A stretch of 35,627 nucleotides of DNA from a virus (lineage: Duplodnaviria; Caudoviricetes): the IMG/VR virus record IMGVR_UViG_3300032295_001520, positions 1 to 35,627 of that record; one strand, written 5' to 3'. This document shows, in pieces, positions 9,453 to 19,100 of the stretch. The notes beneath the pieces were generated by a model. The model was not told where the DNA came from and ran no database searches. It worked only from the letters and a program-made list of their open reading frames with translations. Every line of letters starts with the position of its first letter. Within the stretch, counting starts at the first letter, position 1. The position numbers were made by a program, and so were the translations under genes.

Positions 9453-9869
9453 ATGGCGGGGCAAAACAACCCAAGTAATTATGCGGTGGCAATTCAAGCG
9501 CAATTGACTGCTACAGCTTCGCCGGTGCCGGTATATGGATCGTTTAACAGGAACTTTGCAACACAGCAAAAATTTATAACTTGGAATTTGCGCAATGTGC
9601 ATCAACCAGTTTATACAGGCACAACGCAATCGGTAAAAGGTATTGATCGACCGATATTCCAAACCAATGTTTATGCTGGCACATTGCAAGATGCATTCAG
9701 CATAGCAAATACGATAATACAAGCATTGCATGGATACAGCGGGCAGTTTGGTGGTGTTGGTGGATTCTATGTAAGCAAGATTGATATCGATTGGCTTTTT
9801 AATACTTTCGACAATGACATCGGCTTACATTCGATTTACTTAGATTGCACAATGGATATTCCGACATAA
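9453..9869 (+). CDS. tail terminator/completion protein (gp17/DUF3168-like)
   Basis: 138 aa; FQTNVYA...AFSIANTIIQALHGYSG pattern; directly precedes the tail tube gene. Confidence 0.72.
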   Translation: MAGQNNPSNYAVAIQAQLTATASPVPVYGSFNRNFATQQKFITWNLRNVHQPVYTGTTQSVKGIDRPIFQTNVYAGTLQDAFSIANTIIQALHGYSGQFGGVGGFYVSKIDIDWLFNTFDNDIGLHSIYLDCTMDIPT

Positions 9870-9902
9870 AATAAATTTTTAACTTTTTTGAGGAATTAAA
9901 AA

Positions 9903-10397
9903 ATGGCGCTTCCAAATAAAGTATTGCCGGGTTTCTCGGCTGCACTATATTGCCAACCAACGGCAACACCAACACCACTTACAGTTTCGCAATTGTCTTT
10001 AGTGGCAAGTGTTTCGCCGATTGCAGTATCGGGCAACCTGCTGCCGGTTGAGGCAATTCCGGCGTTTGGTCAAGATGACGCAGTGGCGAATTTCTCGGTT
10101 GCTGGCGCTCGGCAATCGGACAAAATCCCAACGCAATCGGCACCGACTTCGCTTTCAATTACTGCCGCTTGGAATCCAGCGGATACTAACCTGCTGCTAA
10201 TGCGCGGCGATGCTTACAGTGGCGTGATTGATCGCACATTTGTGATTGCTGCCTTTGAAGGCTCAAATGTTGTTTACTATGCTTTCAACGGTCGCGTGTC
10301 GCAATTCCAGATTGACGCGCAACCCGGCGCAGAGGCAAAGTGCATATTTACAATTCATCCTCGCGGCGGTCAATACGGCTGGTCGAATAACGCTTAA
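9903..10397 (+). CDS. tail tube (major tail) protein, copy 1
   Basis: Synteny (after terminator protein, before chaperones); SD GAGGA; beta-rich with YAFNGRVSQFQID motif. Confidence 0.82.
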   Translation: MALPNKVLPGFSAALYCQPTATPTPLTVSQLSLVASVSPIAVSGNLLPVEAIPAFGQDDAVANFSVAGARQSDKIPTQSAPTSLSITAAWNPADTNLLLMRGDAYSGVIDRTFVIAAFEGSNVVYYAFNGRVSQFQIDAQPGAEAKCIFTIHPRGGQYGWSNNA

Positions 10398-10410
10398 CTA
10401 GGAAATAATT

Positions 10411-10929
10411 ATGGCTATTCCGAACAAAGTATTGCCGGGCTTTAGTGCATCGTTGTTTATGCAATCGGCTGCAACGCCAACACCATTGACCACTGCAAAC
10501 TTGTCGGTATGGACTGCGCAAGTTGCAACCATTGTGGGAACTTCGGCAAATGGTACTGGCGCAGCGGGTGTGCTGGTTCCGGTCGAAGCAATTCCGGCAT
10601 TTGGGCAAGATGATGCGGTGGCAAACTTTTCTGTTGCCGGCTCGCGCCAATCAGATAAGATTCCAACGCAGTCTGCGCCAACATCGCTATCGATTACCGC
10701 AGCTTGGAATCCAGCGGATGCGGCACTGCTGCAAATTCGTGCGGATTCAGAAAGCGGCGTTGTAGATCGCACATTTGTGGTCGCGGCTGTTGAGGGATTA
10801 AATACAATTGCTTATGCATTTAACGGGCGTGTGTCGCAGTTCCAAATCGATGCGCAGCCGGGTGCCGAAGCAAAGTGCATTTTTACAGTGCATCCTCGCG
10901 GCAATCAGTACGGCTGGTCGAACAATTAA
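10411..10929 (+). CDS. tail tube (major tail) protein, copy 2 (paralogue)
   Basis: Near-identical blocks to copy 1 (46/47 aa over PVEAIP...WNPAD); SD AGGA; followed by a terminator. Confidence 0.82.
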   Translation: MAIPNKVLPGFSASLFMQSAATPTPLTTANLSVWTAQVATIVGTSANGTGAAGVLVPVEAIPAFGQDDAVANFSVAGSRQSDKIPTQSAPTSLSITAAWNPADAALLQIRADSESGVVDRTFVVAAVEGLNTIAYAFNGRVSQFQIDAQPGAEAKCIFTVHPRGNQYGWSNN

Positions 10930-10936
10930 AACAATC

Positions 10937-10956
10937 GCCCCTTCGGGGGCTTTTTT
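10937..10956 (+). terminator. intrinsic terminator after tail tube genes
   Basis: GCCCC-TTCG-GGGGC (cUUCGg tetraloop) followed by T6. Confidence 0.9.
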
Positions 10957-10968
10957 ACATGAGAAAAT

Positions 10969-11196
10969 ATGACAACACAAATCAACAACAACGGCGATTT
11001 GCTTGGGTATTTGCTTGAGCAATCGCTGATCGCCCCTAAAAGCTGGTTTGGCTTTCCACAGCAAAAGCTTACCGGCATCGCATTGGTTCACGCAATCGCG
11101 ACGAATCATGCCGATAAAATGTCACCTTCGGAAATTGTTCAATATGTAATGGATTTGAACAATGAAATATATAACGGCATTATCAAAAAAGGATAA
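10969..11196 (+). CDS. hypothetical protein (75 aa) in tail module
   Basis: ATG ORF that fills the gap between the terminator and the chaperone gene. Confidence 0.75.
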   Translation: MTTQINNNGDLLGYLLEQSLIAPKSWFGFPQQKLTGIALVHAIATNHADKMSPSEIVQYVMDLNNEIYNGIIKKG

Positions 11197-11200
11197 GACA

Positions 11201-11650
11201 ATGAAACTTGGTGCAACGCTCAATATTAATCCTGACAACATCCGCATTCGCGAATTCACAATGGCGGGGCAAAAGCTTCGGGTGCGTGTTCCGCTGGCTT
11301 CCGAGATGGAAGCAATTTCCAAAGCGGTTGACGATGCCGAATGGCAAGCCAAATTTGAAAGCTTGAAAGAATCGTTTAGCAGCGATCCAGAAGCGGTAAT
11401 TGAGCAGACCGAAGATGACGTACTGATCAACGGCAAATCGATCAAAGAACTTGCAATCATGTCGGCTAAGACCGAGGAACGAATTGTTCGAATGGTTCGC
11501 TTGCTGGTGCCTGCTGAAGAAGGTTTCGACATGGCGCAAATTAGTTATGCCGATGTTGATTCGGAATTTCCGTTTGCGGTGCAGATTGAGTTGATGAAGA
11601 AAATTGCGGAAGTAATTTCGCCGGGATATGAGGAAACGAGAAAAAACTAA
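11201..11650 (+). CDS. tail assembly chaperone (lambda G-like)
   Basis: Acidic ~149-aa ORF with SD AAGGA; ends in slippery A AAA AAC just before its stop. Confidence 0.78.
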   Translation: MKLGATLNINPDNIRIREFTMAGQKLRVRVPLASEMEAISKAVDDAEWQAKFESLKESFSSDPEAVIEQTEDDVLINGKSIKELAIMSAKTEERIVRMVRLLVPAEEGFDMAQISYADVDSEFPFAVQIELMKKIAEVISPGYEETRKN

Positions 11651-12003
11651 TTGGGTCATTGCGTTTGCAGACTCGCGCTTATATGCTTGCGCATGGCGCG
11701 AATCCAGATGCAATGACAGAAGAAGATTTTGAGCTGGTGATGGTGGCGCTTAATGATGGGTTGATTGGGAACAAAGTTGTAATCAACACATTGGGATACT
11801 TAACAACGGCAGTGTTTAACTATATGCGCTCACAAAATGCGCCAAGTTATTCGCTACAAGGAATCCTGGGAATTATGCACGATTACATATACAAGCCATT
11901 ATCGGATGAGGAAAAGCGGCAAATGGCGAACCAGCGATTGCTTGAATTTATGACGATGAAACCCGGTGCGCCAAATTTTCTAAAAGCAAAAAATGAAAAT
12001 TGA
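11641..12003 (+). CDS. tail chaperone G-T C-terminal extension via -1 programmed frameshift
   Basis: Heptamer AAAAAAC at 11641-11647 is in the X XXY YYZ register of the G frame; the -1 frame is open from there to 12003. Confidence 0.78.
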   Translation, partial: KKLIGSLRLQTRAYMLAHGANPDAMTEEDFELVMVALNDGLIGNKVVINTLGYLTTAVFNYMRSQNAPSYSLQGILGIMHDYIYKPLSDEEKRQMANQRLLEFMTMKPGAPNFLKAKNEN

Positions 12004-12439
12004 AACGTATGGCTTTGATGACTTTGATGCCGTCTTGACAGAGATGGGCAAAGACTTCGGTTATACGGATGTGAATAAAAAGGTATTGATCCCGGCGTTG
12101 CGCAACGCAATGAAAATAACTTTGCCATATGCCAAATCATTAGCAAGGGCAAATACCGGCACAATGCGCAACAGCATTACTGTCGAAGCAAGGCGACCAA
12201 GTGACCGAGATAAAAAATCAAAATACATTTACGATAGCGATGCTGCAATTGCAATAATATCGGTGCGGCAATCGCCAGTGTCGCTTGGCGAAGAATTTGG
12301 AACGGCAAAGAAAGCAGGGCAACCGTTTATTCGCCCATCGCTGGAAACAAACCAAGCAACAATTTTGCAAACATTATCGGATGAATTGCAGAAAAAAATT
12401 CAACGCTATAAAAGCAGAAATGCAAAGGATTCAAAATGA
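11993..12439 (+). CDS. HK97 gp10-like tail/neck protein
   Basis: N-terminal GFDDFDAVL, NTGTMRNSI, EEFGTAKKAGQPFIRPSL motifs. Confidence 0.85.
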   Translation: MKIETYGFDDFDAVLTEMGKDFGYTDVNKKVLIPALRNAMKITLPYAKSLARANTGTMRNSITVEARRPSDRDKKSKYIYDSDAAIAIISVRQSPVSLGEEFGTAKKAGQPFIRPSLETNQATILQTLSDELQKKIQRYKSRNAKDSK

Positions 12440-14388
12440 GTATCATTGCGCGGCTTGGTGCTGTACTTGGCTTGGACACAAAAGAGTTTGTGAAGGGCGT
12501 TGACGCTGCGCAACAGAAAAGCAAAGAATTTAAAAAGCAATTAAAAGAAACACAACAAACAATCGACGGTTTAAAAACCGCATTTGCTGCGGCAAGTGCT
12601 GCATTTGTTGCGTTTGCTGCGGCTGCGGTTCACGCTGCCGATCAAGTGGTTGATCTTGCCGATGCCAACGAAACTACAATTGGCAAAGTGCTGGAATTGA
12701 AATATGCGCTTGTTACTTCGGGCGGCGATATTTCAAAGCTTGGTCAATTCTATTCCTCATTCACAAAAGCAATTGATGGCGCAGCGCAAGGCAGTGACGC
12801 GTTGCGCGATTCGTTTGCAGAAGTTGGCGTATCAATTAAAGATATTGCCAGATTAAGCCAAGATGAATTGCAAAATAAAACGCTGCGCGGCTTGGCACAA
12901 ATTGATGACCAAGTGCGCCGAAATTCGCTTGCGTTTGAATTGTTTGGCAAAGCCGCAAAGAATGTTAATTTTCAGGCAATGGCAGGCAGCGTTGATCAAG
13001 CTGCTGGCGCATACGATAAACAAGCAGAAGCAATCAGGGCGGCATCGGATGCAGTCGGAAAGCTTGAATTGCTGTTTGGCGATATGCAATTGGCGGCATT
13101 GACTGCCATCAAACCAGTGACCGATTTGTTTAGCAAGATTCCTGCCGAAAGCCGAGTGGAAGCAATGACCAAAGCATTTCAAGCTTTAGGTATTGCCATC
13201 GGTGTTGCGTTTGGCGTGACTGCTGTTAAGGGCGTTATTCAGCTTTCGCTTGCATTAAAAACACTAGCGGTTACAAATCCGTGGTTGCTTGCTCTAACTG
13301 CGGCTGGTGGTGCTGCGGCTTACTTTGGCTTAGATAAATTGTTCGGCGGCGAAGGCGAAGAAATTAAACTTGAAGAAGGTGGAAAAGATTCAAAGGGTTC
13401 GGCAAATAGAAATATCGAAATGTCGCAACGCGATAAGATAATTCAAAAATATAATGATCAAATAAAAATTGTAAAAGATTTAGCAGACCAAAAAAAATGG
13501 GCTGCTGAATGGGATTACAACAACACAAAACGCCAAATTGAATTAGAAAAAGAAAGGTTTACGTTAACCACAAATGAATACGAGCGAAGAAGATTAATAA
13601 ATGAACTTGCCGATAGAGATGCTGATTTATACAAATCGCGTTTGGAAGAAATGCAAGCGGCAAAAAGAGAATTGGAATTGGCTCCTGCCGAAGAACAACG
13701 GCAAGCAAGAAAATTATATGATGTAAAAATACAAGCGATTGAAGATGTATACAACACGCAGCAAAAATATTTGGACTTGGAAAACGAAGCAAGAATTAGA
13801 AACTTTGATGCCGAAGTGCAGCGCCAAAATTCGTGGGCTGCTGGTTGGGATCAGGCTTTTAAACGATACACCGAAACATCGGAAAGAGCATCATTGCGCG
13901 GTGAGGCTGCATTCAATTCAGTAATGTCAAATATGGAAATGGCATTACGCACATTTGTGGAAACCGGCAAACTAAGTTTTAAGGATTTCACCGGGAGCAT
14001 TATCAAAGATTTGCTTTATATGGAAATGAGAGCGCAAGCAGCAATGTTTTTCCGCAGCATTTGGGGCGGCCTTAAACAAACATTTGGCATAAAAAATCCA
14101 GCGACAGATTTGCAAGGGTTTGCATCCGGCGGCTATGTTGATCGCCCGGCAATTGTTGGCGAGAATGGCGCTGAATTGTTTATTCCTAGAACGCCCGGCA
14201 CAATCATACCGAACGGGTCATGGCAGCAAATGATGGGCGGCGGTGGCGGCTTAACGGTCAACGGTAATTACATTGCCAACATGAGCGCCATTGATACGCA
14301 ATCGGCAACACAATTTTTAGCATCAAACAAGCAGACCATTTGGGCGGCTTACCAATCCGCGAACCGCATGGTTCCGATTTCGAGGTAA
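12436..14388 (+). CDS. tape measure protein (650 aa)
   Basis: Ala-rich helical protein; IARLGAVLGLDTKEF N-terminus; lambda-like FVETGKLSFKDF and FASGGYV...VGENGAELF motifs. Confidence 0.93.
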   Translation: MSIIARLGAVLGLDTKEFVKGVDAAQQKSKEFKKQLKETQQTIDGLKTAFAAASAAFVAFAAAAVHAADQVVDLADANETTIGKVLELKYALVTSGGDISKLGQFYSSFTKAIDGAAQGSDALRDSFAEVGVSIKDIARLSQDELQNKTLRGLAQIDDQVRRNSLAFELFGKAAKNVNFQAMAGSVDQAAGAYDKQAEAIRAASDAVGKLELLFGDMQLAALTAIKPVTDLFSKIPAESRVEAMTKAFQALGIAIGVAFGVTAVKGVIQLSLALKTLAVTNPWLLALTAAGGAAAYFGLDKLFGGEGEEIKLEEGGKDSKGSANRNIEMSQRDKIIQKYNDQIKIVKDLADQKKWAAEWDYNNTKRQIELEKERFTLTTNEYERRRLINELADRDADLYKSRLEEMQAAKRELELAPAEEQRQARKLYDVKIQAIEDVYNTQQKYLDLENEARIRNFDAEVQRQNSWAAGWDQAFKRYTETSERASLRGEAAFNSVMSNMEMALRTFVETGKLSFKDFTGSIIKDLLYMEMRAQAAMFFRSIWGGLKQTFGIKNPATDLQGFASGGYVDRPAIVGENGAELFIPRTPGTIIPNGSWQQMMGGGGGLTVNGNYIANMSAIDTQSATQFLASNKQTIWAAYQSANRMVPISR

Positions 14389-14390
14389 TC

Positions 14391-15071
14391 ATGGCATTGC
14401 AAAACATTCTTGCGGTCGCTGAATCGGTCGGCATTAACGATCACAAATTCGTGGGGCAAATGCTGTCAAGGAATATGCGGATCAGCACCGCAGAGATTTT
14501 GACAGTGCAACCGTTTGAGTTTGAAATCAAGCCGATGAATTACTTGCTTTATTCGCAAAGCCGGTCAATTCTATCGACGTTGCGCGAAGTTGATCGGCAG
14601 AATGAGCAGTACCTAAATTTTGGTTCGACCGGCTGGCTAAACTACATCGCATACCGTGGCGACATGAGCAGCGTACAAATCAACGCTTGCACAATTGAAA
14701 CCGGCACGACCGGCAAAACAATTGTTTTAGGTACGCTGCCATCAATATCAAGCACCGCATTTATTGTAAAGACGGGCGACTTTATCCAGATTGATCGGTA
14801 CGCCTACATCGCCACAGCAGACGTGCAACGGGGCGGCAGCGCGACCGTAAACATACCGGTGCATCGTACCGTAATGACTACAGTGGCATCGCCTATTGGT
14901 GCGGTTATTGGGCAGTTTGGCACGACCACCAGCTTGGGCGGCAGCACTTATACCGGCGTGACTTTCCCGGTCATCATGCGCGATTATCCAACGTATACGC
15001 TGGTGCCAATGACCAATGATTCTTTCATTGCTTGGAACGGCGGCTTTCGGGCAATCGAGGCGGTGCTATGA
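14391..15071 (+). CDS. distal tail (Dit-like) protein
   Basis: First gene after the tape measure; beta-rich, VKTGDFIQI motif. Start moved to ATG 14391. Confidence 0.6.
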   Translation: MALQNILAVAESVGINDHKFVGQMLSRNMRISTAEILTVQPFEFEIKPMNYLLYSQSRSILSTLREVDRQNEQYLNFGSTGWLNYIAYRGDMSSVQINACTIETGTTGKTIVLGTLPSISSTAFIVKTGDFIQIDRYAYIATADVQRGGSATVNIPVHRTVMTTVASPIGAVIGQFGTTTSLGGSTYTGVTFPVIMRDYPTYTLVPMTNDSFIAWNGGFRAIEAVL

Positions 15072-15673
15072 ATCCCATCGTACCAGTTCAGAATACCAAT
15101 AATATTCGGTATGCCAACTTTGTGCGGATCACAACGCCAAGCGCCACATATCGCTTTGCTACCACACCAACGGCATTAACCATTTCGGCAGTTGACGCAT
15201 TGCCATTTTCCGGGCTTGGGCAGCTTGTATCTGTTGGCTCAGTTCAGCGCGACATCAAATCCACCGCAGCAGAAACAACGGTCACGCTGGTTGGCATTGA
15301 TACGTCGATGCTGGCGCTAGTCTTGGGCGCTGAACTCAAGGGTTCGCAGATCGAAATGTGGCATGGGTTTTTTGATCAGGATGATGCGCTGATAACGACC
15401 GGCGGCACCGGCGGCTTGTATCAATTCTTTAATGGCTACATCAACTCATTTTCCATTGCCGAACAATGGATGGAAGAATCGCGGTTTTATGTTGGCGTGG
15501 CTACCGTGTCGGCATCGTCGGTGCAATTGATTCTACAAAACCGGGTAGCAGGCAGATATACTAACAACAATTCGTGGCAGTTTTATAACAGTGGCGACAC
15601 ATCCATGAATCGGGTGAATTACATATCTACCATTAATTATTATTTTGGCAAGGGTGCGCCAGCAACATCATAA
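15068..15673 (+). CDS. tail tip/hub minor tail protein (gpL-like)
   Basis: FSGLGQLVSVGSVQRD...TVTLVGID...FFNGYINSFSI pattern; synteny; ATGA overlap. Confidence 0.65.
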   Translation: MNPIVPVQNTNNIRYANFVRITTPSATYRFATTPTALTISAVDALPFSGLGQLVSVGSVQRDIKSTAAETTVTLVGIDTSMLALVLGAELKGSQIEMWHGFFDQDDALITTGGTGGLYQFFNGYINSFSIAEQWMEESRFYVGVATVSASSVQLILQNRVAGRYTNNNSWQFYNSGDTSMNRVNYISTINYYFGKGAPATS

Positions 15674-15687
15674 ACTAGGGATAAGAC

Positions 15688-16134
15688 ATGATAAGAGAGG
15701 CAAACAAGTTTGATGTCGATGGCATCATTAAGATGTTAAAAAATTACCGTGCGGCTGCACCGTTGGATGTTTTGAAATATGCCGACGATGAAGAATATAT
15801 CGGGCGCATGATTACTGAAATCATTGCGGGCATGGGCTTTGTGTTGGTGTCGGAAAAGGATGAGCAACTGACAGGGATGCTTATTTGCGCCAAGATTCCA
15901 AACATATGGAATCCGAAAACGCATCAATGCAGTGAGGTTGCATACTGGGTCGAAGAAGATCACCGGGGCGGCACCGCAGGATATAGGCTGATAAATGCGT
16001 ATATTGAAAAATGCGAGGAATGGAAACGGCAAGGCAAAATTCATTTTTACACAATGTCGAAAATGAACAATTCGCCAGATTTAAAATATCAAAAATTTGG
16101 CTTTGAAAAACTCGAAGAAACTTGGTTTAAATAA
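15688..16134 (+). CDS. GNAT-fold acetyltransferase-like protein
   Basis: MIREA start, VLVSEKDEQLTGML, motif A YWVEEDHRGGTAGYRLI, C-terminal YQKFGF. Confidence 0.82.
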   Translation: MIREANKFDVDGIIKMLKNYRAAAPLDVLKYADDEEYIGRMITEIIAGMGFVLVSEKDEQLTGMLICAKIPNIWNPKTHQCSEVAYWVEEDHRGGTAGYRLINAYIEKCEEWKRQGKIHFYTMSKMNNSPDLKYQKFGFEKLEETWFK

Positions 16135-19100
16135 ATGCCATCATCAATTGTTGCTGCCTTCGTAAAAGCTGCCGCGTTATATAACACATCTTCGGTATTT
16201 GCTTTTGCGGTCAACATGGTTGCATCGGCAATCGTGGCGCGAGTGTTTGCGCCGGATGAACCGACAATTCGATCAACAACAACACCCGATCCGGGCGCAA
16301 GAATTACAGCGCCACCAGCAGGCGACAATAAATTACCAGTGATCTATGGCACCGCTTACACCGGTGGCGTGTTGGTTGACATGAGTATCAGCAGCAACAA
16401 CCAAGTTATCTATTACGTCATTGCATTGTCGGAAGTTACCAACACCGAAACCGGCGGCACACCGGATACGTTTACATTTGGCAGTGTGTATTGGGGCGGC
16501 AAAAGAGTTGTCTTTGATGGCACCGATTTAACCAAAGTAAATGGATTGCTGGATGAATCGACCGGCTTAACTGATACATCGGTTGCCGGAAAGATGAATT
16601 TTTATTTTTACCGCAACGGCAGCAATACACCAACCAATTCAGCAAACAGCGCAATTAATGTGATGTCAGATTCCACACTTGTATATAAGTGGAATTCAAC
16701 AAAACAAATGACGAATTGCGCATTTGCTATTGTAAAGCTTCAATATAGTCAGTCTGCAAACATTCGCGGTCTTGATAAAGTATTATTTCAGCTTACCAAC
16801 TCACGCACAAAGCCGGGCGATTGTATTTCCGATTATCTGCAATCGACGCGATATGGCGCAGCATTGTCATCCACTGAAGTTGATTTTACAAGCTTGACGG
16901 CGCTAAATACTTATTCGGATGGTTCAATTACTTATGCTGAACCGGGAGTTGGCACATTAACAAAAGCAAGGTTTAGATTTAACGGGTTGCTAAACACATC
17001 GCAACCCATCATGACCAACTTGCAATTAATGGCAACCAGTTGCGATTGCTTAATCAAATATAACGAAATTACTGCCGAATGGGGCGTAATTGTTCAATCG
17101 CCAACTTACTCAGTATCGCTTGCACTAGATGACTCAAATATTATTTCGGCGTTGACCATCACGCCAGTTGATATTAGTAATAGCTTTAATATTGCCGAAG
17201 TTAAGTTTCCCGATGGCACACAACAGGATTCATTTAATACGGCAACCTTTGATCTTGCGGTCATTGATCCGGCATTGTTGTTTCCGAACGAACCAGTAAA
17301 CAAACAACAAATTACATTGCAGTTTGTGAACGATTCAGTTCGCGCACAATTGCTTGCAAATAGATTCCTGAAATCATGCCGGGAAGATTTGCAAGTGCAG
17401 GTCAAAATTAATTACGTTGGCTTGCAGCTTGAAGCAGGCGACATTGTGACCATCACGAATACTAATTACGGTTGGTCATCCAAGCCATTTAGAATTGCCA
17501 AGATAGTCCAAGAATTTGGAACCGATGGCAGCATTACCGCAGCACTGTCGTTAATGGAATTTAATGCAACCGTTTACAACGATGCTTCAATTACTGCATT
17601 TGAACCATCGCCAAACACAGGGCTTGCCGATCCGCTAGTGTTTGGCACCGTGCCTGCGCCGGTAGTGGCATCGCCAAATCCAAGCGCAGTTAATCCATCG
17701 TTTCAAATTAATGTTACCGCTAGTTCAGCAGGCATTATTGAGTACGCCGAGATTTGGTATTCAGCTTTCGCCAATCCAGCTGATCCGCAAAGAATCTTTG
17801 CAGGCACAACCGCAATTCAAGCGGATGGCAATCCTTATGTGCCGGGCGTTGCTATGCCGCCGGTCACATTGACAGGCATTGCCGCAGGCAATTGGTATTT
17901 CTTTGTGCGCATGGTCAACGAATTAGGATCAAGCCCATTTTCGTCGGCATCGGCTTTGTTTCAATGGCGACCAACAACATTTACTTATGAAAATCAGTAT
18001 TTGATTGTGGCCTATGGCGACAGTTTGACCGGTACTGGCTTGTCGGCAAGCCCGACCGGGAAAAACTATTACGGTCTATTTAATTCGGCATCATCATCAT
18101 TTAGCACAAACCCGGCTGACTATACTTGGTACTTGGCGCAACCAACATTCGGCACAGTAAACAAACTTTGCTACATCAATCGCACCGGGCGCACATTTAG
18201 TTTTGGCACAGCGCCAGCAGCTTATGCGGCATCAACTGCGGCTTATGTGCCTGCATCAACATTTGATGCTTCGCTATGGTCGGCACTGCCAGACGGCACA
18301 AACATCATTGATTTGGACATTCGCACAGGGCAATTGTTGACCACCGGCACAACCACCGTGGGCGGCGGCGAAATCGCTATTACCAACAACCCGAACGGCA
18401 CACTTGTCGGATCGCTTGCGCAATTCCTAGACTTTGGCGGGTCGCCTACGTTTACCGGCAGCGGCGCAAACTTAACGATTGATATTTATGGTCGCGTTGT
18501 TGGGCTTGTTGCTCCTGACGGATTTTATTACACAAGCGATCAGTTTGTTGCAACGGCAGGGCAAACCGTGTTCACGCCAGCGACAAGAGGCGCAGGATAT
18601 ATTAACGGCCAAGATTTGGTTTTTAGAAATGGCGTATTGCTTGTGCCGACAAGTGAATACACAGAAACAACTAGCGCAGTGACATTGCTAAATGCTTGCG
18701 CGGTAGGCGATAACATCACAATTATTTCGTTCCGATCAACTAGCACAGCGGTCTATTATGCAAGTATGGACATTGCTTATGCTTCTGGATCGGGAACTAA
18801 TACGCTGACATATTCCAATTTGCCAAGCCAAATTATTAGTGCGGGCGATGTGTTGACATTTGCAAATACAGGTACGCCAACGCAATACACAGTATCGTCA
18901 ATCAATTATTCAACAAAGCAGATTGTATTTACCACCACATTCACGGCAACTGCTGGCAATTCGGTTTACCGTTACCGCGCATTGGGATCAACATATCGCA
19001 CGTTTAGTCGATGGGATGTTTCATTGTCTGCGGCTGCAACTTATTCGCCAACAGATTTTCAAATTATATCGGGCGCAGAAGTTTTCTTTTTAAATGGCAC

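Noticed and set aside
9903-10929. Tail-tube duplication as an assembly artefact
   Set aside because: The copies differ at many synonymous positions and by an in-frame insertion, so they are genuine diverged paralogues.
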